Shown piece after piece: positions 24,082 through 34,936 of a DNA stretch of 64,000 nt. Source of the stretch: Hamiltosporidium tvaerminnensis FI-OER-3-3 (taxonomy: Eukaryota > Fungi > Microsporidia); assembly GCA_022605425.2 (NCBI GenBank), contig JAKIMF020000011.1:682001-746000 (forward strand), written 5' to 3'. Under the pieces are notes generated by a model. That model saw only the letters and a list, made by a program, of their open reading frames with translations, did no database searches and had not been told where the DNA came from. Made by a program: the position numbers and the translations under genes. Each line of letters opens with the position of its first letter. Positions within the stretch are counted from its first letter, which is position 1.

Positions 24082-25446
24082 TTAGAGTTCTAAAATTGCA
24101 TTAAGATTGTTATAAAAAGAAATCAATTCTTCTTTTTTTAATCTTTTGCCAAAATCAATAATTTTATCAAAATTAGTCAGTAAAGTTTCTTCTGAAAACA
24201 AAAATATAATTACCAGTAACCTAGCACAGCTTCTATATCCTTTACATATCAACAATTCATTAAAATAATTTTTTTTTATATCAAAATTTGGTATACTTTT
24301 ATTTCTATCAATTAAAAACCTTGAATTTATTTTTCTTTTGATTTCTTTAAATTCCAATTTATATTTACTGACACAATCTTGATTATAAAAAATATATAAT
24401 TCTTCATAAATATATTTACTATTCCAATCAAATGTTCCATTCATAATAAAATATGGCATTACGTACATAGGATGTGAATATAATAGAAACAAAATATATT
24501 CAACTGTTTTTTCAACAATTTCTTTATCAGGAGAATTTAGATATGAAATTATATAATTAGATTCTACCGTAGAATGTATTACTTTTTCAATAATTTGTAA
24601 AGAATTGGTATGATTAATTATTTCTTTCCAATACATAAAAAGTGTTTTTGGTTCTTTATAAACTAAAAATTCTATATTTTTTATGACTTCTTTGATCTTT
24701 TCAGAATCGATTTTTTCCAATCTTTTTATTAAAATATTTAATAATGAAAAAACTGTAAGATAATGTGATATACTATCTTCTGAATCAGATTTCATAGGTA
24801 AATTTCTGAATATTTCATTTAGATTTAAAATATATTTTGAAATATAATTTTTACCAAACAAAATATTTATTACTTTATCTGTTTCTACAGATAAAAGATA
24901 TGTAAAGGAAGTTCTTGAATATTCACCAAATATAGAAACATTAAAAATATTATTAAATATAATATCGATCAAACACTCATCTTGTAAATAATACTCAACA
25001 AAATTACTATTTTCTAATATCAATTCACAAACAATCAAAGCCAATGGAAGAAAATGTGTTTCTTTTTTTATAAATAAATAATTTATAACTTGAAAAATAT
25101 TTGGATGTATTTTTGCCTTATCAGGAAATATAATCATTATTTTTTCAAAAAAAGAAATTATTTCTTTTTTATACTCATTAGAACTTTCTAGTATTTTTAT
25201 TAGAATAGTAGGAATATTATTAATAAGAAAATAATCTAAACATTTATAATCTATCTTAGATTTCTGTTCATAAAGTAAACTTTCATAAATTAAATTTAAA
25301 TTAATTTTTATATCTTTGTATTCATTTATTTCTAAACAAGATTTAAGAAACTTTTTGTAGATAGACGTATGTCGCTTGGTATATGAAAGGATTATATTTA
25401 TTAGTTTCGATCCTTTTTCTTTTTTTTCGAAATCGTTGTGTTTCAT
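24082..25446 (-). CDS. probable FHIP/FAM160 (RAI16-like domain) protein
   Basis: 454 aa. ESLLYEQ...KCLDYFLINNIPTILIKI...KKEIISFF...IVCELILENSNFVEYYL...FGEYSRTSFTYLLSV follows the FAM160/FHIP N-terminal motif order. CCC ~8 nt upstream of ATG. Recognised by eye. Confidence 0.65.
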   Translation of the reverse strand: MKHNDFEKKEKGSKLINIILSYTKRHTSIYKKFLKSCLEINEYKDIKINLNLIYESLLYEQKSKIDYKCLDYFLINNIPTILIKILESSNEYKKEIISFFEKIMIIFPDKAKIHPNIFQVINYLFIKKETHFLPLALIVCELILENSNFVEYYLQDECLIDIIFNNIFNVSIFGEYSRTSFTYLLSVETDKVINILFGKNYISKYILNLNEIFRNLPMKSDSEDSISHYLTVFSLLNILIKRLEKIDSEKIKEVIKNIEFLVYKEPKTLFMYWKEIINHTNSLQIIEKVIHSTVESNYIISYLNSPDKEIVEKTVEYILFLLYSHPMYVMPYFIMNGTFDWNSKYIYEELYIFYNQDCVSKYKLEFKEIKRKINSRFLIDRNKSIPNFDIKKNYFNELLICKGYRSCARLLVIIFLFSEETLLTNFDKIIDFGKRLKKEELISFYNNLNAILEL

Positions 25447-25660
25447 AACTGTGGGTTTCTTATTTTTTAAATATATGTTATCTTTCTATTCTAAAACATT
25501 TCAGAAACCAATATTCTGAAACAAAATATTTAATTTTTAAAATAAACGCTCTAAATTATATCAAAAAATTATTTTTATTTCTTGGATTTGTAAGGAAAAA
25601 CAATATATTTGAAAAATATAATTCTAAAACAAAGGTATTAAATTATAAAAAAATACAAAA

Positions 25661-27165
25661 TTTATTTAATGAAATGCTAAGTTAAAACATTTTTACCATT
25701 TTTATATGTTTTCTTCTACCTCTTTTGCCACAGTTGTTTCTTCTTCTTAATCCGACTTTAAATTTATGTTATTGGTCGGTGTTCCTCTAACGTGATTCTT
25801 CTTGTGAAATAAGGGGTGCTTTATTTTTTGGTTTAAAATTTTTTACACAATCTTCCTCTCTCTTCTCTCCTTTTAAAAGGAGTGTTGGTTCCTCATGCAT
25901 CTCTGCTATCATAATAACACCCATTGACGCTCTTTCCCAGCTCTCTTCGGCATTTAGTCCTGACTCAAGTCCTCTTCGTCGGTCAAAGGAAATTGTTTCG
26001 ACTGTCTTCTTAAGTACTATAGACTGAATGTATGCCTCTACATTCATGGGTATTTCTCATCTTTGTCGTTGAGATTTATGGTATTTTGTCACAATACCGT
26101 CCCAGGTAATCTCACATAAGGGATTATCTCAACACTAAACTTATAAATAAGACCAAACTCATTGGCTAGCAGGTCATATTTCCTAAGTTTTTAAGTTTCA
26201 ACTATTTGAAGTGAATCTTGGGAAGTGATTTCTACTTCAATGAGTGTTATCTTATTCTTCTTCTTATCTAAAATAAATATGTCCGGTCTGTTATTCCGAA
26301 TTTTAACATCAGTTTTAATTCTAGTGTCCACTCTTATCTCTGCATACTCATTATCAAGAATTTCTTGAACTGAGTGACTCCTAATTCGTTTTGAGGACTT
26401 AAACTTATATCTATTTAAGAGAAGTAAGTGTAGGAATCTAACCACTTCATTATGCCGTCTGGTATAGTCATGGCCCAGCATTTTTTTACATCTGGTTGCT
26501 AGATGATCTACAGTCTTACCAGACTTCCCGCAATGTTGACACACACCATCTGCTCCCCAGAATACATTTCTATCCTGGATATAGCAGAACACAGCTTCAT
26601 TTCGTGGCCTAATATTTCCTCTCTTTAGCCATCTTGAAGAGTCACTAACACTCACAAGCTCATTTTTCCTTGCATTATATAACTTTGAATGAAGTTTTCG
26701 TTTTTCTATTTCGTTATATAGTTTTGCAAGTTGAGCTTCTTCTAAACTTTTCTTAGTGACTTCTTCTACCAACTTGTACTTTATTTTTAAGAAGCGTTAT
26801 ATTAGTGCAAGATGGGTTTTATTATTATTCACCACCTTGAGGATTGCTGCTCGTCTAGTTGATATTTCTTTAATTTTTTCCAGACAATCCAAGAGTTGCA
26901 GAAGCATATATTCGCTTCGTAACTCAACACTATGTAGGCTTCTTTCAAGTTCTGTTCTAGGAAGTTATAAACGCTCTTTAAATCCTGGTCGGAGATGTAT
27001 TTTATTCTTCACCAACACCGCACGCACTGAATCATTCCACTTAGAGAAGCCAGACGGTTCAAGTCGAAATACTCCTATGTGATAGGTGATTTACAGTATC
27101 ACACGTTGATTTATTGCGCAAATAAATTTTTTGCGTTTAGTCTCTTGTGACAAATGATTTAAACT
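25661..27165 (-). mobile_element. 5'-truncated RLE non-LTR retrotransposon copy
   Basis: ORFs 26191-26772 (CCHC, RHN, RPD) and 25787-26047. 3' end TTAAATAAA at 25661. Homology stops near 27165. Confidence 0.95.
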
Positions 27166-27312
27166 ATAATTGAATTTATTTTTCATATTTAAAAATAAAA
27201 ATAAGGCCACCCCTAACAATATAAAATAAAACTGTTTAAAAGGAATAATTTAAGCAAATCATATCTTTATACTGAAAGATACTAAGCTTATTTGAATATA
27301 AATTGACGTACT

Positions 27313-28031
27313 TTATTTAAAAGTATTACATCTTGCAAAACTCAGGCAAGTGTTATATTTGTTTTCATGACATTAACCCAGTTTTAGGTTTAAAATTAAT
27401 AACTGGTACCCCAACACTCCATCCGTACTCTCTGCGATACCTACCCCCTAAAGCCTTTCATCTACCAGGTATGTAGAACTTAATTACTAGGCTAGGCGGT
27501 TTCCCGGAGTTCGTTAATGCTGTTGCATGGAGTGTGATCCAAGGCAAAAGCCCCCTTGGGCTTCCCCGAGACTATGCAGCATTCTCACTTACTTAAAACC
27601 TTTGTCCCCAACGAACATCTGACTAAGATATATTTAAGACTTACATGGGGTCCAACTAGACAGTGCAATGTCTTACTCACAGGTATTACCTGCTACTTAG
27701 CTCTTCTCGGCTTTTAATGGGCGTTATTTTTAAATCTCCCAGGCGCTAAGTCTTCTAACCCGAGTGAGCAAGGCTAGGTTTCTATGCTTTCGCATGACAA
27801 TTACCTACAAGTTTAGCTGCAATCTGCAATCTGGTTGCATAAAAAACTACAAATAAATCTGTAGAAAAATTTTCTCCATTTCTTAGACCTCTACTCCTCA
27901 TAACAACTCCCATGGAACAACTAAAGATGTAGTATGGGTTGATTCACACCAAAAATCCAAACAATGACCTCATTATAGTTTCACACACTCATTGCCAAGC
28001 AGAAAGTTTTTTATGTGGTTATCCCTCCACT
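27313..28031 (-). mobile_element. ~730-nt element, copy D
   Basis: 5' GTGGAG at 28030. Flanked by 12-bp direct repeat AATTGACGTACT (27301-27312, 28032-28043). Confidence 0.93.
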
Positions 28032-28744
28032 AATTGACGTACTAAATATTAAATAAAAAAATAGGATGGCTTATTCTCAATTAATAAGAATTTTTTTTAA
28101 CGAAAAATTCACATTTTTATTTGGTATAATTAAATAAATAAACTTACACTAAGTGAGGTCGGAATTACTTCACAAGCTTCACTTAAAACTGATCGAAAGT
28201 TATAATTAAGTAAATATAAAGCTTGAATAATAAATTTAGTTCTATTTATAAATATAATTACATATGTGATAATTTGGTATGGTATTGTGACAAAATAAGA
28301 ATTCTCTTTGATAAATCTATTACCCAGTGTCATATAAACAGCTGAGATATATTTACAATCAATACTTCGTTTACAAATCATTAGCACGTTTAATATGATG
28401 TTAAATTAGTGAAAAGTCAAAATTTAAATATCTAATTTCGAATAATTCACCTATTTTTTTATAAAACAAAAAATTATAAAATTTATGATTAAATTAAATA
28501 GAAAAAAGCTTTTAATGTAGAAAGAAGTAAATAAATCTAAAATTAAAATATCTTATTATTTTAAGAAATTTGAGAACAAGAATAACAAATTATTAAACTA
28601 AATTTCTACGTATACCAAATTTCTATTTAAAGTAATTGAAATATTAAAAAATTTATATCACTAGCAAATTATAGAAAAAAATAAGAATAGAAAGTAAAAT
28701 TATATCATTAATAAATATTTCTGCTTTATTTTTTTACAAAATAT

Positions 28745-29100
28745 TATCTAATGATTCGTTTTTTTATATCAAAATTATTAATCGTAGATAAACTTTTTTA
28801 TAAAATTACAGTTTTATTATATCTAATGATTCGTTTTTTATTTCTAATTTATTAATTGGGGACAACCAATTTTCAATAAAGATACTATTTTATAAAGAAA
28901 GTCTTTTTTTATTTCTAAGTTATTAATTGTCGATAAACTTTTTAATACAATTACTATTTTATAAAGAAAGTCTTTTTTTATTTCTAAGTTATTAATTGTC
29001 AATAAACTTTTTAATAAAGATACTGTTGTATTAATAAAGTATTTTTTTATTTCTAAGTTATTAATTGTCGATAACTAATTATTTTAATAAAAAAACTGTT
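28745..29100. repeat. imperfect ~70-bp tandem repeat upstream of PTPA
   Basis: Recurring ttttttatttctaagttattaattgtc..taaactttttaata units. Confidence 0.75.
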
Positions 29101-29134
29101 TTTTTGTACAAAGAAGACATATTAAGGAACCCTT

Positions 29135-30259
29135 ATGGTAGAAGATTTTAAAAGAACGCATGCTTATAGAACAATATTTAAATTTATAACAAAAGTGAAT
29201 ATGTCAGTGATGCGTACACAGCAGAAATACGATGGAGACTTAATAAAATTTCTTGATGTGTTGGACACAGAAATAAAAAAAATACAGCTTTGTTCTTCGC
29301 CGCAGCGGTATGGAAACAAGGCAGCAAGGGTATTTTTTGAATTTATAAAAAATGTAAAAACGCTATCGTTTGGCCAGTCTGAAGAAATAATTCGTTATTT
29401 TATTTCTTCTTTTGGTAATTCTATTCGATTGGATTATGGAACAGGACACGAATTGAATTTTTTTTGTTATTTGTATTGTTTATATACTGAAAACTATATT
29501 TCTTTGGAAGAAATATTTCCTATTTTAAAAAAATATTTTCAAATTGTTCGTAATTTTATATTTAAATTTAATTTGGAACCGGCTGGTAGTCATGGGATAT
29601 GGGGTATTGATGATTATCAGTTGCTTCCTTTTCTTTTCGGCTCATCTGAAATTATACAATTGAATCGAATTAAAATTCGAAGAAGTTTTGAAATGAAAGA
29701 GGAACTAAAAAACCAAGAAAAAAATGAGGATTTTGAGAAAATAAAAAAACAAGAAATAAGTAATAATTTTTATAAAAATATAGAAAATTTTGAACTCAAC
29801 GAACTCGGTGAGGCAAAAAGTAATAATTTTTATAAAAGTCGAAGAAAAATTGAAATGAATGCTGAAGATACTAATAATACTACTAATAATAACAATACTA
29901 CTAATACTAATAATAATACTACTAACAATAATACTAATAATACTAATAAGAATTATACAGAGAGTAAAACACATTATATTTCAGAAATAACCTTTGAAGA
30001 TATATTTTCGTGTCCAGAATATTCCAATACTGCATATTCTCAATCCTTACATTTTATACACAAACACAAGACAAGAAGTACATATAGACCTTTTCAAGAA
30101 CATTCTCCTGTTCTTTATCGTCTTAGAGAAAAGAGCTGGGATGCAATAAATAAAGGAATGCTTAGTATGTATGATCATGAAGTTTTAGGAGCAAAAGTTG
30201 TTACTCAACATTTTATTTTTAGTAAATATTTAAAAGAAGATTGCTATGATTTTGAATAA
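29135..30259 (+). CDS. PTPA: serine/threonine-protein phosphatase 2A activator (PTPA/Rrd family)
   Basis: Motifs QRYGNKA, SFGNSIRLDYGTGHELNF, LEPAGSHGIWGIDDYQLLPFLFGS, FQEHSPVL, KGMLSMYDHEVL..KVVTQHF. CCCTT before ATG. Confidence 0.96.
   Translation: MVEDFKRTHAYRTIFKFITKVNMSVMRTQQKYDGDLIKFLDVLDTEIKKIQLCSSPQRYGNKAARVFFEFIKNVKTLSFGQSEEIIRYFISSFGNSIRLDYGTGHELNFFCYLYCLYTENYISLEEIFPILKKYFQIVRNFIFKFNLEPAGSHGIWGIDDYQLLPFLFGSSEIIQLNRIKIRRSFEMKEELKNQEKNEDFEKIKKQEISNNFYKNIENFELNELGEAKSNNFYKSRRKIEMNAEDTNNTTNNNNTTNTNNNTTNNNTNNTNKNYTESKTHYISEITFEDIFSCPEYSNTAYSQSLHFIHKHKTRSTYRPFQEHSPVLYRLREKSWDAINKGMLSMYDHEVLGAKVVTQHFIFSKYLKEDCYDFE
29868..29950 (+). repeat. AAT/ACT trinucleotide microsatellite encoding an Asn/Thr tract in PTPA
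   Basis: actaataatactactaataataacaat... translating as TNNTTNNNNTTNTNNN. Confidence 0.9.
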
Positions 30260-30327
30260 AATGTTTTTAAATAATTTGTAAATTTAATTAGTATTCTTTT
30301 AGATTATTTTTACTATATGTTTTTATT

Positions 30328-30860
30328 ATTATTTAATATTTATATTCTTCTTTGATATTATTTAATATTTATGTTGATATTTAATTATTTTGACTATTAT
30401 TTGATATTTATTTAATATTTATATTCTTCTTTGATATTATTTAATATTTATGTTGATATTTAATTATTTTAACTATTATTTGATATTTATTTAATATTTA
30501 TATTCTTCTTTGATATTATTTAATATTTATGTTGATATTTAATTATTTTAACTATTATTTGATATTTATTTAATATTTATATTCTTCTTTGATATTATTT
30601 AATATTTATGTTGATATTTAATTATTTTGACTATTATTTGATATTTATTTAATATTTATATTCTTCTTTGATATTATTTAATATTTATGTTGATATTTAA
30701 TTATTTTAACTATTATTTGATATTTATTTAATATTTATATTCTTCTTTGATATTATTTAATATTTATGTTGATATTTAATTATTTTGACTATTATTTGAT
30801 ATTTATTTAATATTTATATTCTTCTTTGATATTTATTTGATACTTATATTCTTCTTTGCT
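30328..30860. repeat. 79-bp AT-rich tandem repeat, ~6.5 copies
   Basis: tatattcttctttg recurs at 30341, 30420, 30499, 30578, 30657, 30736 and 30815. Units nearly identical (tgact/taact variants). Confidence 0.95.
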
Positions 30861-30964
30861 ATTTAATATTTATTTAAAATAGATTTACCATACTTTTTAA
30901 TTTATTTTATAGTTATAGATTTACCATACTTTTTAATTTATTTAATATTTATTTTATAGTTATA

Positions 30965-31698
30965 TTGTGGAGAGAGAATAACCACATAAAAAACTTTCTG
31001 CTTAGCAATGAGTGTGTGAACTGGTGTGAAGATCATTGTTTCGATTTTTTGTAGGAATAAAACCACACTACATCTTTGGTTGTTCCATGGGAGTTGTTAT
31101 GAAGGGGAGAGGTCTGAGAAATGGAGAAACTTTTTCAAAAAATTTATTTGTAGTTTTTTACGTAATCAGATTGGATTGCAGACTGCAGATGAACATGTAG
31201 GTAATTGCCATGTAAAAGCATGGAACCCTAGCCTTGCTCACTCGGGTTAGAAGACTTGGCGCCTGGGAGATTTAAAAATAAAACCCATTAAAAGCCGAAA
31301 GAGCTAAGTAGCAGGTTATACCTGTTGGTATGACATTGCACTGTCTTGTGGACCTTATGTAAATCTTTGAAATGTATCTTAGCCTGAAGTTTATGAGTTC
31401 ATAGGTGTATAGTTAGTGGGAATGCTGCATAGTCTTGGGGGAGCCCAGGGGGGGGGCTTCGGCTTTCGAACACACTCCATGCAACGAACATTAGAGAACT
31501 CCGGGCAACTGATTCGCCTATTAATTAGGTTTTACACACCTGGTAGATGAAAGGCTTTCGGACGTAGGTATCGCAGGGGTTACTGATGGAGTGTTGGAGT
31601 AGCAGTCATTTATGTTAAACCTAGAACTGCGTTAATCTCATGAAAACAAATTTAAAACTTGCCACTATTTTAAAAAGATGTGATACTTTTAAATAAAG
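30965..31698 (+). mobile_element. ~730-nt element, copy E
   Basis: GTGGAG at 30967. Flanked by 15-bp direct repeat TATTTTATAGTTATA (30950-30964, 31699-31713). Confidence 0.93.
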
Positions 31699-31756
31699 TA
31701 TTTTATAGTTATAGATTTACCATACTTTTTAATTTATTTGTATTTTTTACAAAACA

Positions 31757-31920
31757 TTTTTCTTTTTTTTTTATAATTTTATTAAATAAATCAATCTCTA
31801 ATATTTTCTTTATCTCTCTATTATTTTTTTTAGAATATTTTTCTTTTTTTTTTATAATTTTATTAAATAAATAAATCTCTAATATTTTCTTTATCTCTCT
31901 ATTATTTTTTTTAGAATATT
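31757..31920. repeat. ~80-bp direct duplication
   Basis: ttttataattttattaaataaat.aatctctaatattttctttatctctctattattttttttagaatatt occurs twice. Confidence 0.8.
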
Positions 31921-32150
31921 ATCCTTTTTTTCTAATATATTTAGATTTTAGATTATTCTTTAATATTTTTATTTTTGTAATTTTCTAAAAAAAATATTCT
32001 TTTATTGAAAAATATTAAACTAATTACAATATAAATAATAAATAATGAAAAATTAAAAAAATACTTCAAATAATTTTTCTGAAATAAAATAATTTTAAAG
32101 AAAAAAAAGTAAATTTAAAAAAAACTTGATTTTTAACATAAAAAATTAGA

Positions 32151-32878
32151 CTTTATTTAAAAGTATCACATCTTTTTAAAATAGTGGCAAGTGTTATATT
32201 TGTTTTCATGACATTAACGCAGTTCTAGGTTTAACATAAATGACTGCTACCCCAACACTCCATCGGTAACCCCTGCGATACCTACGTCCCAAAGCCTTTC
32301 ATCTACCAGGTGTGTAGAACCTAAATAATAGGCGAGGCAGTTGCCCGGAGTTCGTTAATGTCCGTTGCATGGAGTGTGATCGAAGGCCGAAGCCCCCCCT
32401 GGGCTCCCCCAAGACTATGCAGCATTCCCACTTACTCTACACTTTCTGAACCCAATAAACTTCTAGCTAAGATATATTTCAGAGATTTACATGGGGTCCA
32501 CCTAGACAGTGCAATGTCATACCAACAGGTATAACCCGCTACTTAGCTTTCCTGGCTTTAATGGTTTTTTGTTTTGTATCTCCCAGGCGCTAAGTCTTCT
32601 AACCCGAGTGAGCAAGGCTAGGTTTCCATGCTTTTACATGGCAATTACCTACATGTTCAGCTGCGGTCTGCAATCTGGTTACATAAAAAACTACAAATAA
32701 ATTTGTAGAAAAAGTTTCTCCATTTCTTAGACCTCTCCTCTTCATAACAACTCCCATGGAACAACCGAAGATGTAGTGTGGTTGTATTCCCACCAAAAAT
32801 CCAAACAATGATCTTCACACAAGTTTCACACACTCATTGCCAAGCAGAAAGTTTTTTATGTGGTTATCCTCCCTCCAC
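32151..32878 (-). mobile_element. ~730-nt element, copy F
   Basis: Near-identical to copy A, with 5' GTGGAG at 32878. Lies in a local low-complexity repeat; no clean TSD. Confidence 0.93.
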
Positions 32879-33070
32879 AACTGATTTTTAACAAATTTAT
32901 ATTTTAAATAAAAAAAAGTAAATTTAAAAAAAACTTGATTTTTAACAAATATAATTTAAAAAAAAAGTAAATTTAAAAAAAAAGTAAATTTAAAATATAG
33001 AAAGAATTAAATTTCAAAGAAAGAAGTAAAAACTAAAAAATATTTAAACGTAAATAACCTTTTAATTGAC

Positions 33071-34045
33071 CTAAAAATCATCATCAGTTGTAAATGAAGT
33101 ATCATTTCCTTGAATTCCAACGAATGGCTTTTGATATTCTGCAACTCTTTTTTCAAAAAAGTTTGTTTTACCTTGCAAAGAAATATTTTCCATAAAATCG
33201 AATGGATTTTTTGTTCCGTATTTTTTTGGAACTTGTAGATTATAGAGAAGTCGATCGGCAACAAATTCGATGTATTCACACATGAGTTTACAGTTCATAC
33301 CAATTAAATCAACTGGGAGACTGTCAGTTAAAAATTCTTTTTCGATAGCAACAGCCTCACTTACAATTTCCAATATTCTTTCTTTAGAACATTTATTGAT
33401 CAAATGTTTGTGTAAAATACAAGCAAAATCACAATGAAGTCCCTCATCACGGCTTATCAATTCATTTGAAAAAGTCAATCCTGGCATCAAACCTCGTTTT
33501 TTCAACCAAAAAATGGCAGCAAAAGAACCCGAAAAAAATATTCCTTCTACACAAGCAAAAGCAATAATTCGAGTATTGAAAGGTGATTTATGATCAGAAA
33601 TCCATTTCAATGCCCATTCTGCTTTTCTTTTTACAGCAGGTATAGTTGTAATAGCATGGAACAATCTGTTTTTCTCTTTAGAATCTCTTATATAAGTTTC
33701 AATCAACAAACTGTACATTTCAGAATGAATATTTTCAATCATAATTTGAAATCCATAAAAACATCTCGCTTCTGGAATTTGTACTTCAGAAGCGAAACGT
33801 TCCAACAAATTTTCATTTACAATTCCATCAGAAGCCGCAAAAAATGCCAACACATGAGATACAAAATGCTTTTCATTAGAATTTAACTTATCCCAATCAG
33901 ATATATCTTTAGATAAGTCTACCTCTTCAACTGTCCAGAAAGAAGATTCTGCTTTTTTATACGCCATCCAAATATCATTATATTTGATAGGAAATAAAAC
34001 AAACCTGTCTGGTGAAGATTCTAATAAAGGTTCTGTATTTTTCAT
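33071..34045 (-). CDS. RNR2: ribonucleoside-diphosphate reductase small subunit (class Ia R2)
   Basis: [66 protein letters not shown] and C-terminal F-x-x-D-D-D-F. CCC directly before ATG. Confidence 0.99.
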   Translation of the reverse strand: MKNTEPLLESSPDRFVLFPIKYNDIWMAYKKAESSFWTVEEVDLSKDISDWDKLNSNEKHFVSHVLAFFAASDGIVNENLLERFASEVQIPEARCFYGFQIMIENIHSEMYSLLIETYIRDSKEKNRLFHAITTIPAVKRKAEWALKWISDHKSPFNTRIIAFACVEGIFFSGSFAAIFWLKKRGLMPGLTFSNELISRDEGLHCDFACILHKHLINKCSKERILEIVSEAVAIEKEFLTDSLPVDLIGMNCKLMCEYIEFVADRLLYNLQVPKKYGTKNPFDFMENISLQGKTNFFEKRVAEYQKPFVGIQGNDTSFTTDDDF

Positions 34046-34097
34046 GGGTATTTTTTATACCGTTTTCTTTAAAATATTTTTAAACAAAATTGTTGCC

Positions 34098-34312
34098 TTT
34101 AAGTTATCCTTATCGAAGATTACGGAGTAAAAAGTTGATAGGAAGTTGACAAATTTTTATAAAAAATTTCAATTTTAAGTTTATCCTTATCGAAGATTAC
34201 GAAGTAAAAAGTTGATAGGAAGTTGACAAATTTTTATAAAAAATTTCAATTTTAAGTTTATCCTTATCGAAGATTACGGAGTAAAAAGTTGATAGGAAGT
34301 TGACAAATTTTT
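34098..34312. repeat. 77-bp tandem repeat x ~3 in the RNR2 promoter region
   Basis: ccttatcgaagattac at 34108, 34185 and 34262. Confidence 0.95.
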
Positions 34313-34731
34313 GAATAAAATTGTTTTTTTATGTAATATTTTATTTCTAAATTTTATATTTTTTCAGTTCTTGATAATTTAATATCAAATTTTAATTAAA
34401 AATAAATTATTTTTTTATTCTTTTATTCTATTTCACTTGCTTTAATATTTTATTTGTTTTAAATTTTATTTTATTTCTTTTAGAATTTCCTTTGATATTT
34501 TCCTTTAAATTTTATTTCTTATAGGTCTTGATTTGATATTTTCCTTTGATACTTTATTTTGATATTTTCCTTTAAATTTTATTTCTTATAAATATTTTTG
34601 ATATTTTCCTTTGATACTTTATTTTGATATTTTATTTCTTTTTATTTCAATTTTTATTTTATTTCTTATGAATTTAAATCTAAATTTATTTTTATTCTTT
34701 TTAATTTCTTTTATATTCTTTTTAATTTGCA

Positions 34732-34837
34732 TTTATTTTATTTCTTATGAAATTATAATTTATCTATTTTGAATTATGTTGCGCGCATAAAAAAATGAAA
34801 AGAAATTAAATTATAATTTCATAAGAAATAAAATAAA
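34732..34837. repeat. perfect 31-bp inverted repeat with 44-nt spacer
   Basis: TTTATTTTATTTCTTATGAAATTATAATTTA (34732-34762) and its exact reverse complement (34807-34837). The spacer contains palindrome TGCGCGCA. Confidence 0.92.
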
Positions 34838-34936
34838 GAGTCGGATTTGGAAGAAGAAACAACTGTGGTAAAAGAGATAGAAGAAAATATATAAAAATGT
34901 TAAAAATATTTTTAACCCAGAATTTTATTAAATAAA
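34831..34936 (+). mobile_element. ~105-bp extreme 3' fragment of the RLE LINE
   Basis: gagtcggatttggaagaagaaacaac...aacccagaattttattaaataaa matches the 3' end of 50282-54087. Confidence 0.92.

Noticed and set aside
30328-30860. Regular 79-bp (and 77-bp at 34098) periodicity as a CRISPR-like array
   Set aside because: Units are head-to-tail with no unique spacers, there are no cas genes, and the context is eukaryotic.
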